64,000 bases of DNA from Chlamydiales bacterium (GTDB lineage: Bacteria > Chlamydiota > Chlamydiia > Chlamydiales > JAAKFR01), in assembly GCA_022601535.1 (NCBI GenBank), contig JAJACK010000001.1, positions 724,893-788,892 on the forward strand. The letters run 5' to 3'. Every line of letters begins with the position of its first letter. The stretch's first letter is position 1. The notes below the pieces were generated by a model, which saw only the letters and a list, made by a program, of their open reading frames with translations, was not told where the DNA came from and did not search any database. The position numbers and the translations under genes were made by a program. Of this stretch, positions 1 to 12,840 are shown one piece after another.

Positions 1-842
1 TCTTACCAAAGAAAGACGAATTGACCAAGCGCATTGAAGTTGAAGGGGAGCAGAAGAAATCAAAAAGCAAAAACAAAGCGAAAGTCAGAGCTCAGGTGAA
101 GCCTTGTCGTAAGTTGATTGCTGGGAAAAGAAGCACAGGTGGACGGAATAACAACGGTCACATCACATGTCGTCACCGAGGTGGTGGACACAAGCGGCAA
201 TATAGAATCATCGACTTTAGACGAAATAAGGATAAAGTCCCGGCAAAAGTTGCCTCTGTAGAGTACGACCCAAATCGCTCTTCTCACATTGCTCTTTTAA
301 ACTATTTAGATGGAGAGAAGCGATATATTTTGGCTCCAAAAGGGTTGAAGCGAGGAGATGAGGTTGTCTCTGGTGATGAGAGCCCTTACAACACAGGTTG
401 CTGTACATCTCTTAAACACATGCCTCTTGGTTCTGTTGTTCACAACATTGAAATGAGTCCAGGACGTGGAGGAAAGCTTGTCCGTTCAGCAGGATTGTCA
501 GCTCAGCTTGTTGCAAGAAGTGATGGTTATGCAACGATCAAAATGCCTTCAGGGGAATACCGTTTGATCAATGAGAAGTGCAGAGCAACATTTGGAGAGC
601 TCTCAAATGCAGAGCACAGCCTTCGTGTAGATGGAAAAGCAGGAAGGACTCGTTGGAAAGGAATTCGTCCGACAGTACGAGGAACAGCTATGAACCCTGT
701 TGATCACCCGCATGGTGGTGGTGAAGGGCGTCATAATGGTTATATTCCGCAAACGCCTTGGGCAAAACAGACCAAGGGAATGCGTACGCGAAATAAGCGA
801 AAAACAAAGAAATGGATCGTAAAGGATCGTAGGAAGAAATAG
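1..842 (+). CDS. rplB: 50S ribosomal protein L2 (5' partial, runs off window start)
   Basis: Frame is open from the window edge, with no stop upstream of the TTG at 21. L2 signatures [20 protein letters not shown] and [13 protein letters not shown] are present. Chlamydial L2 proteins have about 20 more N-terminal residues, so the true start is off-window. Confidence 0.95.
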   Translation, partial: LPKKDELTKRIEVEGEQKKSKSKNKAKVRAQVKPCRKLIAGKRSTGGRNNNGHITCRHRGGGHKRQYRIIDFRRNKDKVPAKVASVEYDPNRSSHIALLNYLDGEKRYILAPKGLKRGDEVVSGDESPYNTGCCTSLKHMPLGSVVHNIEMSPGRGGKLVRSAGLSAQLVARSDGYATIKMPSGEYRLINEKCRATFGELSNAEHSLRVDGKAGRTRWKGIRPTVRGTAMNPVDHPHGGGEGRHNGYIPQTPWAKQTKGMRTRNKRKTKKWIVKDRRKK

Positions 843-844
843 GT

Positions 845-1120
845 ATGAGCAGATCTCTAAAAAAAGGACCTTTTGTCGACCATCACCTGATGAGTAAGGT
901 GAGAAAGATGAATCAAAGCGGAAAGAAAGACCCGATTAAAACGTGGTCTAGACGTTCGATGGTGACTCCTGAGATGGTTGGACATACCTTTGAAGTGCAC
1001 AATGGACGTAAATTTCTTACGGTCTTTGTGACAGAAACGATGGTGGGGCATAAATTAGGCGAGTTTTCACCAACCCGTCTCTTTAAAACTCACCCAACGA
1101 AAAAAGCAGCAACAAAGTAG
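845..1120 (+). CDS. rpsS: 30S ribosomal protein S19
   Basis: [15 protein letters not shown]... is a typical S19 N-terminus. Lies in operon position after L2. Confidence 0.96.
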   Translation: MSRSLKKGPFVDHHLMSKVRKMNQSGKKDPIKTWSRRSMVTPEMVGHTFEVHNGRKFLTVFVTETMVGHKLGEFSPTRLFKTHPTKKAATK

Positions 1121-1126
1121 GGAAAG

Positions 1127-1465
1127 ATGGAGCTTGCAAAAGCAGTAACAAAATTTATTCGTATTCCTCCGCGAAAAGCGCGCCTTGTTGCCAATCTTAT
1201 TCGTGGATTGAAAGTTGAAGATGCAGGAGTACAGTTAGGCCACTGCAAGATGAAGAGTGGACGTCTTTTAAAAAAGACATTGGATAGTGCTGTAGCAAAT
1301 GCAGAAGTTAACCTAGACGCTAGGCGTGATATGCTACATGTTCTAGAAGTTAGAGTAGATGAGGGACCGACAATGAAGCGTGCAAAATCACGATCAAAAG
1401 GATCCCGTTCACCAATTTTAAAACGTACAAGCCACTTCACTGTCGTGGTTGGGGAAAAAACTTAG
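1127..1465 (+). CDS. rplV: 50S ribosomal protein L22
   Basis: Recognisable L22 sequence (RIPPRKARLVANLIRG). Position between S19 and S3. Confidence 0.95.
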   Translation: MELAKAVTKFIRIPPRKARLVANLIRGLKVEDAGVQLGHCKMKSGRLLKKTLDSAVANAEVNLDARRDMLHVLEVRVDEGPTMKRAKSRSKGSRSPILKRTSHFTVVVGEKT

Positions 1466-1478
1466 GAGTCATGAGTTA

Positions 1479-2123
1479 ATGGGACAAAAAGTTAGTCCAA
1501 TCAGTTACCGTACGAGTGTCAAAAAGAACTGGCGTTCGCTTTGGTATGGCAATAAGAAAGAGTTTGGTGACCTTCTCGTTGAAGATTTTAGGCTAAGACA
1601 ATTTCTAACTAAAAGATCTAGTTGTCAAGGTGCTTCGAAATTCACCATCAAGCGGATGAGCGATAAGATCGAAATTACGATTCACACCTCAAAGCCCGGT
1701 CTTGCTATCGGAAAGAAAGGAGCTGAGATTGAACTCTTAAAGAGTGAACTTAGAAAATTCACCGGTAAAGAAGTTTGGATTGAGATTGAAGAAATCAAAC
1801 GGCCAGACCTCGATGCAACACTTGTTGCTCAAGGAATTGCAAGACAATTGAAAAGACGTATCGCCTTTAGAAGAGCGATGAAAAAAGCGCTGCAAGCAAC
1901 GATGGATGCTGGAGCTGTTGGAGTTAAGATCCAAGTTTCTGGAAGAGTTGGTGGAGCTGAAATTGCACGGACTGAATGGTATAAAGAAGGACGTATCCCT
2001 CTTCATACACTAAGAGCAAATATTGACTACGCAATTGTACGATCTGAGACAACCTATGGAACGCTTGGTGTAAAAGTTTGGATCAATCATGGCGAAGATT
2101 CAAAACAGGATAAGGAGAAGTAG
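1479..2123 (+). CDS. rpsC: 30S ribosomal protein S3
   Basis: [11 protein letters not shown] is the canonical S3 start. The ATG at 1479 is preceded by AGGAG at 1464-1468. The TTG at 1449 in the ORF track overlaps the end of L22 and is less likely. KH-domain sequence follows. Confidence 0.93.
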   Translation: MGQKVSPISYRTSVKKNWRSLWYGNKKEFGDLLVEDFRLRQFLTKRSSCQGASKFTIKRMSDKIEITIHTSKPGLAIGKKGAEIELLKSELRKFTGKEVWIEIEEIKRPDLDATLVAQGIARQLKRRIAFRRAMKKALQATMDAGAVGVKIQVSGRVGGAEIARTEWYKEGRIPLHTLRANIDYAIVRSETTYGTLGVKVWINHGEDSKQDKEK

Positions 2124-2125
2124 AG

Positions 2126-2545
2126 ATGTCGTTTCAACCTAAGAAAACGAAATTCCGCAAACAGATGAAAGGCAATCACACTGGATTGGCGAAAGGTGGA
2201 ACATTTGTTGAGTTTGGACAATACGGCATTCAAGTGTTGGGGCGGGGACGTATCACAGCTCAACAAATAGAATCATGCCGTGTCACAATCAACCGCTTCT
2301 TTAAAAGACGTGGACAGGTTTGGATCCGAATTTTTCCAGACAAACCCGTTGGAAAAAAACCTGCTGAAACACGGATGGGAAAAGGGAAAGGAGCGACGGA
2401 TCACTGGGTTGCAGTTGTCAGGCCTGGACGTATTCTCTTTGAAGTAGGAAATGTAACACGTGAAGAAGCTCAGAATGCTTTGAGACGTGCTGCTGCAAAA
2501 CTGGCGATTAAGACCCGGTTTGTTGAAAGATTGGAGAAGGTATAA
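2126..2545 (+). CDS. rplP: 50S ribosomal protein L16
   Basis: [12 protein letters not shown]...[10 protein letters not shown] are L16 signatures. Confidence 0.96.
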   Translation: MSFQPKKTKFRKQMKGNHTGLAKGGTFVEFGQYGIQVLGRGRITAQQIESCRVTINRFFKRRGQVWIRIFPDKPVGKKPAETRMGKGKGATDHWVAVVRPGRILFEVGNVTREEAQNALRRAAAKLAIKTRFVERLEKV

Positions 2546-2547
2546 GC

Positions 2548-2742
2548 ATGGCAAAAGCACAAGAACTTAGAGACCTTTCGGTTGAAGAACTTCAAACGAA
2601 ATTAGAGGATCTACAAAAGCAAGTGTATGAGCTTAGAAGTGAGAGACTTGATAGTAAAACACAAAAAACGCATCTCATCGGTGCATCTCGGAAAGAGATT
2701 GCCCAAATAAAGACCGTGATGCGTCAGAAGGATGGAGTATGA
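2548..2742 (+). CDS. rpmC: 50S ribosomal protein L29
   Basis: 64 aa. [25 protein letters not shown] is typical of L29. Operon position fits. Confidence 0.93.
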   Translation: MAKAQELRDLSVEELQTKLEDLQKQVYELRSERLDSKTQKTHLIGASRKEIAQIKTVMRQKDGV

Positions 2743-2993
2743 CAAAAGAGAAAACCGTAGCAAATCAAAAGGTGAAACAAGGCGTTGTCATTTCCAATAA
2801 GATGGATAAGACAGCAGTTGTTCAAGTTGAGCGCACCTATCGCCATCCTGTCTATGGAAAGGTTATGAAGAGTGCAAAAAAGTATTATGCACACCATGAA
2901 GGGCAAAAATTGCCTGTGGGAACAAAAGTATTAATTAAAGAAACTAGACCGCTTTCCAAGCTTAAGCGTTGGCGTGTTGTAAATGGTGGATAA
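2739..2993 (+). CDS. rpsQ: 30S ribosomal protein S17
   Basis: [27 protein letters not shown] is S17. ATGA overlap with rpmC. Confidence 0.95.
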   Translation: MTKEKTVANQKVKQGVVISNKMDKTAVVQVERTYRHPVYGKVMKSAKKYYAHHEGQKLPVGTKVLIKETRPLSKLKRWRVVNGG

Positions 2994-2999
2994 GGAAGT

Positions 3000-3368
3000 A
3001 TGATTCAACAAGAATCTGAATTAAAAGTTGCAGACAATAGCGGAGCTAAGAAAGTTAAGTGTTTTAAAATTCTTGGCGGTTCCAAAAGACGGTATGCAGG
3101 TGTAGGCGATATCATCGTTTGTTCTGTACGTGATGCTGAACCAAACGGCTCTGTGAAAAAAGGTGATATTGTCAAAGTGGTTATCGTACGGACTAAGCGG
3201 TATATCAAGCGTCAAGATGGCTCGTGGCTTCGCTTTGATACCAATAGTTGTGTCATTATTGATGAAAAGGGAAATCCAAAAGGAACCCGAATTTTCGGCC
3301 CTGTCGCAAGAGAAGTGCGTGACCGTGGTTATGTTAAAATAAGCTCATTAGCACCAGAGGTGATCTAA
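3000..3368 (+). CDS. rplN: 50S ribosomal protein L14
   Basis: [27 protein letters not shown] is the canonical L14 N-terminus. Confidence 0.97.
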   Translation: MIQQESELKVADNSGAKKVKCFKILGGSKRRYAGVGDIIVCSVRDAEPNGSVKKGDIVKVVIVRTKRYIKRQDGSWLRFDTNSCVIIDEKGNPKGTRIFGPVAREVRDRGYVKISSLAPEVI

Positions 3369-3369
3369 G

Positions 3370-3693
3370 ATGAAAAAAGTTCGTATAGGAGATCAGGTTG
3401 TTGTCATCGCTGGAAATGACAAGGGGAAAACTGGGAAAGTTCTCCGCTTTAAAGGTGACCGGGTCATTATTGAAGGAATCAATATTCGAAAGAAGCACCA
3501 GAAAAAAACACAAGAGAACCAAGAGGCTCAAATCATCGATATCGAGTGCCCAATCAATATTTCAAATGTGCAACCTTTTGTAGGTGAGAAAGGTGTGAAA
3601 TTGAAAGTGCAGTTCAAAGATGGTGTAAAGCGGCTTGTGCATGGAAAGAAAAATGTGCTATTTCGTGAAATCAAAAAACAAGTGAAGAGTTAA
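3370..3693 (+). CDS. rplX: 50S ribosomal protein L24
   Basis: KOW motif [21 protein letters not shown]. Operon position fits. Confidence 0.95.
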   Translation: MKKVRIGDQVVVIAGNDKGKTGKVLRFKGDRVIIEGINIRKKHQKKTQENQEAQIIDIECPINISNVQPFVGEKGVKLKVQFKDGVKRLVHGKKNVLFREIKKQVKS

Positions 3694-3694
3694 T

Positions 3695-4243
3695 ATGGGA
3701 AAACTTAAGGAAAAATATCTAACTGAAATTCGCGCTTCGTTAAAAGAGAAGTTTCAGTACAAAAATCCCATGATGACTCCAGTTCTGAAAAAAATTGTCA
3801 TCAACATGGGCCTTGCAGAAGCGTCACAAGATAAAAATGCATTGCAAGATGCAATCAAAGAGTTGACAATCCTTTCAGGGCAAAAGCCCGTCCTTGCTCG
3901 TGCACGGAAGTCAATTGCAGGTTTTAAACTTAGAGAAAATCAAGTGATTGGAGCTAAAGTGACATTGCGTGGAAAGCGGATGTACGATTTTGCAGAACGT
4001 TTTTTTACAATCGTTTCTCCCCGTATCCGTGACTTTAGAGGATTTAATAGAAAGTGTGATGGACGAGGAAGCTACTCTCTTGGTATCGATGATCAACAGA
4101 TTTTCCCAGAGATTGAACTCGATAAAGTTAAAAGAACTCAAGGAATGAACATCACTTTTGTCACATCAGCAAAAAATGATGAAGAGTGCTTTGAGTTATT
4201 GCAGCAGATGGGACTACCCTTTAAAAAAGAGGCTAAAAAATGA
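3695..4243 (+). CDS. rplE: 50S ribosomal protein L5
   Basis: [20 protein letters not shown]...FPEIELDKV are L5 signatures. Confidence 0.96.
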   Translation: MGKLKEKYLTEIRASLKEKFQYKNPMMTPVLKKIVINMGLAEASQDKNALQDAIKELTILSGQKPVLARARKSIAGFKLRENQVIGAKVTLRGKRMYDFAERFFTIVSPRIRDFRGFNRKCDGRGSYSLGIDDQQIFPEIELDKVKRTQGMNITFVTSAKNDEECFELLQQMGLPFKKEAKK

Positions 4244-4635
4244 TTCAAGATCCAATTTCCGATTTACTTACCCGTATCCGAAATGGATGTAAAGCGAAAC
4301 ACCGTTACATTGAGATTCCTCATAGCAAATTCAAAGAAGAAGTTGTTAAAGTTCTTAAGCAAAAAGGGTTTGTTGCTCATCTACTGGTTAAGGAAGAGAA
4401 AGGTCGTGGAACGATGCGGATCTTTTTGAAATACACAGATCAAAGAGAGCCTGTCATCAAAGGGCTTAAGCGGATGTCTAAGCTTTCACTTAGACGGTAT
4501 GTCTCTCATAAAGATATCCCAAGAGTTTTGGGAGGGCTTGGAATTTCAATCGTCTCAACCTCAAAAGGGGTTTTAGATGGTGAACAGGCACGAAAAGATA
4601 AACTGGGCGGAGAACTCCTCTGCATAGCATGGTAG
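4240..4635 (+). CDS. rpsH: 30S ribosomal protein S8
   Basis: [13 protein letters not shown] is the canonical S8 start. Overlaps the rplE stop, so no S14 gene lies between them. Confidence 0.96.
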   Translation: MIQDPISDLLTRIRNGCKAKHRYIEIPHSKFKEEVVKVLKQKGFVAHLLVKEEKGRGTMRIFLKYTDQREPVIKGLKRMSKLSLRRYVSHKDIPRVLGGLGISIVSTSKGVLDGEQARKDKLGGELLCIAW

Positions 4636-4647
4636 GAATTATAAAAA

Positions 4648-5190
4648 ATGTCTCGTAAAGCAAAATTACCAATTATCCTTCCTAAAGGAGTTGAAGCAAA
4701 ACTAACAGGTAGAACACTGCTTGTCAAAGGACCCAAAGGGAGTTTGACTCGTGACCTCATCCCTGGAATTGTTTTGAAAATCGAAGAAGGGTCGATTGCA
4801 GTCTCATTAGATGAAGCACACAAAAATGCAACAAACTTCTTAGGTCTTTCATGGTCTCTTATTGCCAATATGGTGATCGGTGTTTCTGAAGGGTTTGTCA
4901 AAGAACTAGAAATGATTGGAGTGGGATTTAAAGCAGCTGTCAAAGGAGATTTGCTCGATGTTGCAGTTGGATTCTCTCATCCAGTCTTGTTGAAAATCCC
5001 AGAAGGGTTACAGCTAAAAGTTGAGAAAAACACAAAAATTAGTGTTGCTGGAATAGATAAACAAATGGTGGGTCAGTTCGCTGCAGATATCCGTGCGAAA
5101 AGACCTCCTGAACCTTACAAAGGGAAAGGAATCCGTTACAAAGATGAATATGTTCGAAGAAAAGCGGGTAAAGCAGGTAAGAAAGCATGA
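4648..5190 (+). CDS. rplF: 50S ribosomal protein L6
   Basis: MSRKAKLPIILPKGVEAKL...PEPYKGKGIRY are L6 signatures. Confidence 0.96.
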   Translation: MSRKAKLPIILPKGVEAKLTGRTLLVKGPKGSLTRDLIPGIVLKIEEGSIAVSLDEAHKNATNFLGLSWSLIANMVIGVSEGFVKELEMIGVGFKAAVKGDLLDVAVGFSHPVLLKIPEGLQLKVEKNTKISVAGIDKQMVGQFAADIRAKRPPEPYKGKGIRYKDEYVRRKAGKAGKKA

Positions 5191-5543
5191 AGAATGATTT
5201 TGTTAAACGTAATACACTTCGCAAAAAGCGTGCTGTACGTGTCCGAAAAAAACTTAAAGGTCTTAAGCCTCGCTTAGTGGTCATGAGGTCTAATCGACAT
5301 ATCCATATTCAGCTTGTAGATGATCAGCTAGAAAAAACTGTCGCTTCCGTCTCGACTCTTTCAAAAGAGTTTAAAGAGGGTGGTAAAAATAAAACATCAG
5401 CAAAAAAGCTTGGAGAGAAGATCGGAGAGCTTGCGTTGAAAAAGAAGGTTAAAGAAGTTGTCTTCGACCGTGGATGCCAAATGTACCACGGAATCTTAGC
5501 AGCTGTTGCTGATGGTGCTAGAGAAGCTGGGCTTAAATTTTAA
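5187..5543 (+). CDS. rplR: 50S ribosomal protein L18
   Basis: RLVVMRSNRHIHIQLVDD...VFDRGCQMYHGILAAVADGAREAGLKF is L18. Confidence 0.95.
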   Translation: MKNDFVKRNTLRKKRAVRVRKKLKGLKPRLVVMRSNRHIHIQLVDDQLEKTVASVSTLSKEFKEGGKNKTSAKKLGEKIGELALKKKVKEVVFDRGCQMYHGILAAVADGAREAGLKF

Positions 5544-5556
5544 TTAAGGGACAAAG

Positions 5557-6054
5557 ATGTACAATAAACAACAGAACCAGAATAAACAAAAGTCAGACGA
5601 TTTAGACGAAAAAGTTCTCTTTGTCAACCGGTGTTCAAAAGTTGTCAAAGGTGGACGAAAGTTTAGTTTTTCTGCCCTTATCTTGATCGGAGATCGTAAG
5701 GGACGCGTAGGTTATGGATTTGCAAAAGCAAATGAATTGACCGATGCTATTAGAAAAGGTGGGGAAGCTGCTCGAAAAAACCTCATGACTTTTGAGATGG
5801 AAAATACCACAATCCCTCATGAAGTTTTTGTCGATTACGATGGATCTAAGTTGCTTCTTAAGCCAGCTCCAGAAGGATCAGGCGTTGTTGCAGGTTCTCG
5901 TGTTCGTTCAATTCTTGAATTTGCAGGAGTGCGCGATGTTGTTGCAAAGAGCCTCGGTTCAAATAATCCACTCAACCAAGTCAAGGCTGCATTTAAAGCG
6001 CTTGAAAGCTTGAGGAATCGGAAGGAAACATTAGAAATGAGAGGGGTCGCATGA
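5557..6054 (+). CDS. rpsE: 30S ribosomal protein S5
   Basis: VNRCSKVVKGGRKFSFSALILIGDRKGRVGYGFAKA is S5. Confidence 0.96.
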   Translation: MYNKQQNQNKQKSDDLDEKVLFVNRCSKVVKGGRKFSFSALILIGDRKGRVGYGFAKANELTDAIRKGGEAARKNLMTFEMENTTIPHEVFVDYDGSKLLLKPAPEGSGVVAGSRVRSILEFAGVRDVVAKSLGSNNPLNQVKAAFKALESLRNRKETLEMRGVA

Positions 6055-6500
6055 CAACTAAATTGGACACGTTAACCAACTCTTCCCGCCCTAAAAAAAG
6101 GCGTAAACTCCTCGGACGAGGACCTGGATCTGGAAAAGGAAAGACATCAGGTCGAGGGCAAAAAGGAATGGGAGCACGCTCTGGGTGTAAAAAAAGACAT
6201 GGCTACATTGGTGGTGGTGTACCACTGCATAAACGTTTGCCTACAAGAGGTTTTAGCAATGCGCGCTTTCGTAAGCGTTTGGATGTGATTAACCTCGGAA
6301 TGATCGATTCCATCTATGAAGATGGAGAAGTTGTGAGCTTAGAAACTTTACGTGAGAAAGGACATTTCAAAGGGAAATCTTTTGGAATCAAAATCTTAGC
6401 AGAAGGTGAGCTGACAAAAACCGTCTCTTTTGAAGTGAAAGCAATTTCACAAGGGGCTCGGGAAAAACTAAAAAAAATGAAGATCGAGACTAACGTCTAA
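6051..6500 (+). CDS. rplO: 50S ribosomal protein L15
   Basis: [18 protein letters not shown] is the L15 glycine-rich motif. Overlaps the rpsE stop, so no L30 gene is present. Confidence 0.95.
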   Translation: MTTKLDTLTNSSRPKKRRKLLGRGPGSGKGKTSGRGQKGMGARSGCKKRHGYIGGGVPLHKRLPTRGFSNARFRKRLDVINLGMIDSIYEDGEVVSLETLREKGHFKGKSFGIKILAEGELTKTVSFEVKAISQGAREKLKKMKIETNV

Positions 6501-7870
6501 TGTTCGACACTGTCAAACGGATTGGAAGCATCCCTGAACTCAAGAGTAAAATTCTCTTTACGATATTGATGCTTGTCGTCTGTCGTTTAGGAGTCTTTGT
6601 CCCAGTCCCTGGGATCAATGGTGAACTCGCCCTAGCCTATTTTAAGCAAGCTACTGGAGGAGGGCAAAACCTCTTTCAACTCGTCGACATCTTCTCTGGA
6701 GGAGCTTTCGCCCAAATGACGGTGATTGCTTTAGGAGTCATGCCCTATATCTCTGCTTCGATTATCATGCAGCTTTTGATGGCATTGATGCCAAGCCTTC
6801 AACGAGAAGTGAAAGAAAATCCCGATGCGGGAAGACGTAAGATCAATAAAAATACACGCCTTCTGACTGTCTTGCTTGCTCTTATTCAGTCGAGCCTTTT
6901 TGCTCGTTATGCCATCTCGATGAACCTTGCAAGTCCGGGGATTATTCTCTCTGAGATGTTTAGAGTACAGATGTTCGGACTTCCTTGGCTCTTTTTTGTT
7001 GTCACAATTATGACGATGACAACTGGAACCATTTTTCTCATGTGGATCGGTGAGCAAATCACTGAGAAAGGAATTGGAAACGGGATTAGTTTGATCATTA
7101 CAATCGGAATTGTCTCCTCACTCCCTTCAACCATTGGAAATATGGTTGGACAATTGAATTTAAGCTCCCAAGAACCGGGACAACTCACTTTCTCTTCACT
7201 CGTTGTTTTGTTCTCTGTCTTTGTCATGGTGATTATCGCGACAATTTTGATCATCCAAGGTGTTCGAAAAATCCCTGTTCAATATGCTAGAAGAGTTGTT
7301 GGCAGAAGAGAGGTTCAAGGGGGAGGCTCATTTATTCCTTTAAAGATTAACTATGCAGGTGTGATCCCTGTGATTTTTGCTTCTTCTCTTTTGATGTTCC
7401 CTGCAACGCTTGCCCAGTTCATTGGTCAAGGAAGTTTTTTAGGTTCTTTTGCTACAGCGCTCTCTCCTGGAAGCTGGGTTTACACCTCTTTCTTTGTCCT
7501 CCTTATTCTTTTTTTCACCTATTTCTGGACAGCGACACAATTTCATCCAGAGCAGATTGCCTCAGATATGAAGCACAATGGTGCCTTTATCCCTGGGATC
7601 CGACAAGGAAAGCCGACGCAAGATTATCTAGAGAGTACAATGAATCGAGTCACCTTGATTGGAGCCGTCTTTTTGGCGATCATTGCAATTTTGCCTATGC
7701 TTATAGGAAAAGTTTTACACATTGACCCCTCAATTAGCTACTTTTTTGGGGGAACCTCTCTCTTGATTCTAGTGGGTGTCATTTTAGACACCATGAAACA
7801 GATAGAATCCCACCTTCTCATGAAGCGGTATGACGGCTTTATGAAAAAAGCGAAGGTTAGAGGTCGATAG
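6500..7870 (+). CDS. secY: preprotein translocase subunit SecY
   Basis: 456 aa polytopic membrane protein with SecY motifs ([35 protein letters not shown]). Position after L15. Confidence 0.97.
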   Translation: MFDTVKRIGSIPELKSKILFTILMLVVCRLGVFVPVPGINGELALAYFKQATGGGQNLFQLVDIFSGGAFAQMTVIALGVMPYISASIIMQLLMALMPSLQREVKENPDAGRRKINKNTRLLTVLLALIQSSLFARYAISMNLASPGIILSEMFRVQMFGLPWLFFVVTIMTMTTGTIFLMWIGEQITEKGIGNGISLIITIGIVSSLPSTIGNMVGQLNLSSQEPGQLTFSSLVVLFSVFVMVIIATILIIQGVRKIPVQYARRVVGRREVQGGGSFIPLKINYAGVIPVIFASSLLMFPATLAQFIGQGSFLGSFATALSPGSWVYTSFFVLLILFFTYFWTATQFHPEQIASDMKHNGAFIPGIRQGKPTQDYLESTMNRVTLIGAVFLAIIAILPMLIGKVLHIDPSISYFFGGTSLLILVGVILDTMKQIESHLLMKRYDGFMKKAKVRGR

Positions 7871-7937
7871 TCCATTGATTTAATTGAGAGAAGTTGCTAT
7901 GCTTTTTGAGCAACATTGAGAACCATGAGAGTAAAAT

Positions 7938-8306
7938 ATGCCTAGAATTATTGGGATAGATATACCAGCGAAGAAAAGATTGATCATCAGCCTTACCTAC
8001 ATCTATGGAGTTGGGGACTCAGTGGCTCAAGAAATTGTTACCAAGTTGAATCTCAATCCAGATAAGAAAGCTGCTGAGTTGACTGATGAAGAGATCACAC
8101 GGATCAACGCACTTCTTCAGAATGATTTTGTCGTTGAAGGGGATCTTAGACGGGAAGTTCAAGGGAATATCAAACGGCTGATCAGCATCCACGCTTACCG
8201 GGGTCAAAGACACCGAGCAGGATTGCCTGTAAGAGGACAGAGAACACAAACAAATGCCCGTACTCGCAAGGGAAAAGTTAAGACTGTTGCGAATAAGAAG
8301 AAATAA
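7938..8306 (+). CDS. rpsM: 30S ribosomal protein S13
   Basis: [26 protein letters not shown] is the canonical S13 start. Confidence 0.96.
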   Translation: MPRIIGIDIPAKKRLIISLTYIYGVGDSVAQEIVTKLNLNPDKKAAELTDEEITRINALLQNDFVVEGDLRREVQGNIKRLISIHAYRGQRHRAGLPVRGQRTQTNARTRKGKVKTVANKKK

Positions 8307-8316
8307 TTGAGGAAGC

Positions 8317-8748
8317 ATGTCTAAAAAGAAAAGTAAAAAAACTCAGCAAAAGACGCAGCCTGTCAAGAAAGGTGCAAAGGTTAAAAAGCGCGTTGCACGT
8401 AATGTTCCTGTGGGAATTGCACATGTTAAGGCGACATTTAATAACACTCTCATTTCAATCACTGATACAGCTGGAAATGTGATCGTTTGGGCTGCAGCTG
8501 GGAAAGTTGGATATAAAGGTTCACGTAAGTCATCTGCATTTGCTGCAACTGTTGCCGCTCAAGATGCTGCCCGTTCAGCTGTGAATTCTGGAATGAAAGA
8601 AATTGAGGTCAATTTAAAAGGACCTGGAGCAGGACGAGAGTCTGCTGTTCGAGGATTGATAAGTGGCGGACTGATGGTAACAGCTATCCGTGACCAAACG
8701 CCTGTACCCCATAACGGGTGCAGAGCACGCAAACGACGTAGAGTTTAA
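8317..8748 (+). CDS. rpsK: 30S ribosomal protein S11
   Basis: [24 protein letters not shown]...[16 protein letters not shown] is S11, with a lysine-rich N-terminal extension. Confidence 0.96.
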   Translation: MSKKKSKKTQQKTQPVKKGAKVKKRVARNVPVGIAHVKATFNNTLISITDTAGNVIVWAAAGKVGYKGSRKSSAFAATVAAQDAARSAVNSGMKEIEVNLKGPGAGRESAVRGLISGGLMVTAIRDQTPVPHNGCRARKRRRV

Positions 8749-8760
8749 GGAGGACCGTTA

Positions 8761-9863
8761 ATGCCATCGCTTACGTATGATAAGTTTGAAATGCCAAAAG
8801 GCATAAAAGTAGATGAGAAAACATTTACATCGACCTATGGAAAGTTTATTGCTGAGCCGTTTGAACGAGGGTTTGGCCATACAATTGGAAATTCACTTCG
8901 TCGACTACTCCTTACATCTATCGAATCACCCGCAATCATCTCGTTTTTTATGGAAGGTGTTCCACACGAGTACATGGCTGTTGAAGGTGTCACTGAAGAT
9001 GTCACAAATATCATTCTTAATTTAAAAGGAGCTCTTCTTAGACGTCTCCCACTAGATGACGAAGGGAGTGCGATTCGGCAGCAACAAGTGATCTCAACAA
9101 CACTTGAAGTGACTCAAGCAGATCTAGCTGAAAAAGGTCAAAAAGTGATCACTCTAGGAGATCTGATTAAAGATTGCCCTTATGAAGTGATTAACCCAGA
9201 TCTTCCTATTTTCACTGTCACAAAACCGATGACCAGACGTGTTGAGCTGAAAGTTGCAATTGGAAGAGGGTATGTTCCTTCTGAAAAGCATGAAGTGGCA
9301 AATCGGCTTGTCGATGAAATTTTAATCGACTCTGCCTACTCTCCGATCACCCTTGTAAACTACTTTGTTGAAGCGACTCGAGTTGGACAAGCAACTGATT
9401 TTGACCGCCTTATCTTAGAAGTTCACACTGATGGAAGAATTACACCAAAAGAGGCAGTCGCCTTTGCTGCCAAAATTTTTGTAAAACATCTCGATGTTTT
9501 TGAAAATATGGCTGATCATGAAATCTCATTTGAAGAATCGAGTAAAACAATTGATTCTGATCGGGATGAATTGATGCAAAAATTGGCTCTTGGAATCAAC
9601 GAAATTGAGCTCTCTGTCCGTTCGACAAATTGTCTCAATGGTGCTTCTATCGAAACAATCGGAGAACTTGTTGTCATGCCTGAACCAAAATTGCTTCAAT
9701 TCCGTAATTTTGGAAAGAAATCCCTCAATGAAATCAAAGCGAAGCTCACTGAAATGGGCCTTGGTCTCGGAATGGACTTAAGCCGCTTTGGAATCACTCA
9801 AGAAAATGTGAAAGACAAAATCACTACTTTTCTTGAAGAGAACCAAACAGGAGGAGCTGCGTT

Positions 9864-9867
<4 letters not shown>
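8761..9867 (+). CDS. rpoA: DNA-directed RNA polymerase subunit alpha
   Basis: [26 protein letters not shown] (N-terminal domain) and [21 protein letters not shown] (C-terminal-domain HhH) are present. Confidence 0.97.
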
Positions 9868-11322
<1,455 letters not shown>

Positions 11323-11324
11323 TT

Positions 11325-11861
11325 ATGCATTTTACACGAGAACCGACGATTGAAACAATTGTGACGGCAAAAGAAGGACATAAGCTTGTTCTTCGTTCTT
11401 CAAAAAGCTCTGGGGCTGATGAATTTTTTGTCGATATGGTAGAGGTCATTTCTTTCAATGGTTCATGCTTTTACCGTTCTTACGATAAACCTAAGAGTTT
11501 TATTCTCCCTGCAAGCGATTATGATATTGTTGAAGTGAGAGAAGCTCGAATGGTTCTTAAGTCAGCTTCGGTTGAAAAAGAGATCAAGATTGCTGGGGGA
11601 AAAGAGGGTAAAAAAGAAGAGAGTGGTGAAAAGAAAAAGAGACGGCCACGTAAGCGGAAAGAGAGTACAGCTGCTGAGAAAAAACCAGCAGTTGAGAAAA
11701 AAGAGACAACCCCTGAAGAGGAGCCTTCTTTGATTCCTCCTCCGACAACATTGATTTCTGATACAATTGCTCGTTATAAAGAGATGTCTGCAATAGAAGA
11801 ACTTGCTTTGGAAAATGCTCCTGAAAAAGAGGAAGCTGAAAATGATCAGGTATTGCCCTGA
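11325..11861 (+). CDS. hypothetical protein with a K/E-rich low-complexity centre (lineage-specific)
   Basis: Starts 3 nt after the gapA stop. Has a globular N-terminal ~90 aa, then GKEGKKEESGEKKKRRPRKRKE..., then an acidic tail. No family recognised by eye. Confidence 0.55.
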   Translation: MHFTREPTIETIVTAKEGHKLVLRSSKSSGADEFFVDMVEVISFNGSCFYRSYDKPKSFILPASDYDIVEVREARMVLKSASVEKEIKIAGGKEGKKEESGEKKKRRPRKRKESTAAEKKPAVEKKETTPEEEPSLIPPPTTLISDTIARYKEMSAIEELALENAPEKEEAENDQVLP

Positions 11862-12438
11862 GGCGGGGTCTTTTTTTGATGGAGAAAACGATTTAACTCA
11901 GTGTGAACACCACACATTTAATTTCTCTTCGACCGGTTTTTTTACTCCTCTCAATCGGAATGGAGAGCCGTTGTACGAATCGGCATTTCCTCTTTTTAAT
12001 AAGATGTGCGGACATCTTCTGTGGCTTCTTCTTTGGACGTTTGTCGTTGTATTTTCAAATTGGCTAGGTCCAAAAACGTATTTAAAGACAATCAATCCTC
12101 TACTTATAGGCTTGATTGTTTTACACCTTTTTCTGCTAGGCCTACGCTTCACGTCTCTACTGCTTACTGGTGGAATTAAATCTCTATTTGCCCCTCCTCT
12201 ATGGGTTAGGATTACACGCCAGTTTCAAAAAGGGAAAGGAATAGAGCTCCTCAAAGAATATCACCTAGAGCGTCACCCTGGCTTACTTGCCAATTTAGCT
12301 CTTGCCAAAGCACTTTTGCAACAACCAGATGCTTCAAAAGAGGCGGTTGAAAAAGCATTAGACCTTTGCCCCAAACATCCAGCCCTTCAAACACTTTACC
12401 ATCAGTTAGCATCACAAAATTTTTCCTTGAATCGGTAG
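11842..12438 (+). CDS. hypothetical membrane protein (Cys/His cluster N-terminus, two TM segments, helical-repeat C-terminus)
   Basis: ORF track starts at 11803. The ATG at 11842 (MIRYCPEAGSFFDG...CEHH) gives a shorter overlap with the upstream gene. Two hydrophobic stretches (LLWLLLWTFVVVF, LLIGLIVLHLFLLGL). Start is uncertain. Confidence 0.45.
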   Translation: MIRYCPEAGSFFDGENDLTQCEHHTFNFSSTGFFTPLNRNGEPLYESAFPLFNKMCGHLLWLLLWTFVVVFSNWLGPKTYLKTINPLLIGLIVLHLFLLGLRFTSLLLTGGIKSLFAPPLWVRITRQFQKGKGIELLKEYHLERHPGLLANLALAKALLQQPDASKEAVEKALDLCPKHPALQTLYHQLASQNFSLNR

Positions 12439-12492
12439 AAAAAATAGATTAGTCTCTGTTTACATTTGGTCTTAAAAAAATAGAAATGTGAT

Positions 12493-12840
12493 ATGGGAAG
12501 GCAAATTCTAATTATTGATGATGACGAAGATATTACAGAATTGCTCGCATTTCGTCTCACTAAAGAAGGGTATACCGTCACTTGTACTGGAAGTGGTAAG
12601 GGAGCGATTGAAGAGAGCAAAAATGGTGCTTTTGATCTATTTATCTTGGATCGCCTTCTTCCCGATATGCGGGGTGAAGAGATTGCAAAAACCTTAAAAA
12701 GTGCAGAGAAGACAAAAGAAGCTCCTATTCTCTTTATTTCAGGAATCGCTGAAGGAGGGGAAGAAGAGTTTTCAGATCACTTCCTTCTCAAGCCTTATGA
12801 ATGGAAAGATTTAATCTATGCAATAGGCAAGCTGATATGA
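12493..12840 (+). CDS. stand-alone response regulator receiver (CheY-like, no output domain)
   Basis: REC motifs are present: ILIIDDDED, phospho-acceptor FILDRLLPDM, and the conserved Lys in LLKPY. 115 aa, so there is no room for an effector domain. Confidence 0.88.
   Translation: MGRQILIIDDDEDITELLAFRLTKEGYTVTCTGSGKGAIEESKNGAFDLFILDRLLPDMRGEEIAKTLKSAEKTKEAPILFISGIAEGGEEEFSDHFLLKPYEWKDLIYAIGKLI

Noticed and set aside
7893-7914. Hairpin GTTGCT-n10-AGCAAC between secY and rpsM as a terminator or attenuator.
   Set aside because: It has only a 6-bp stem with a 10-nt loop and no following U-run, so the evidence is too weak.
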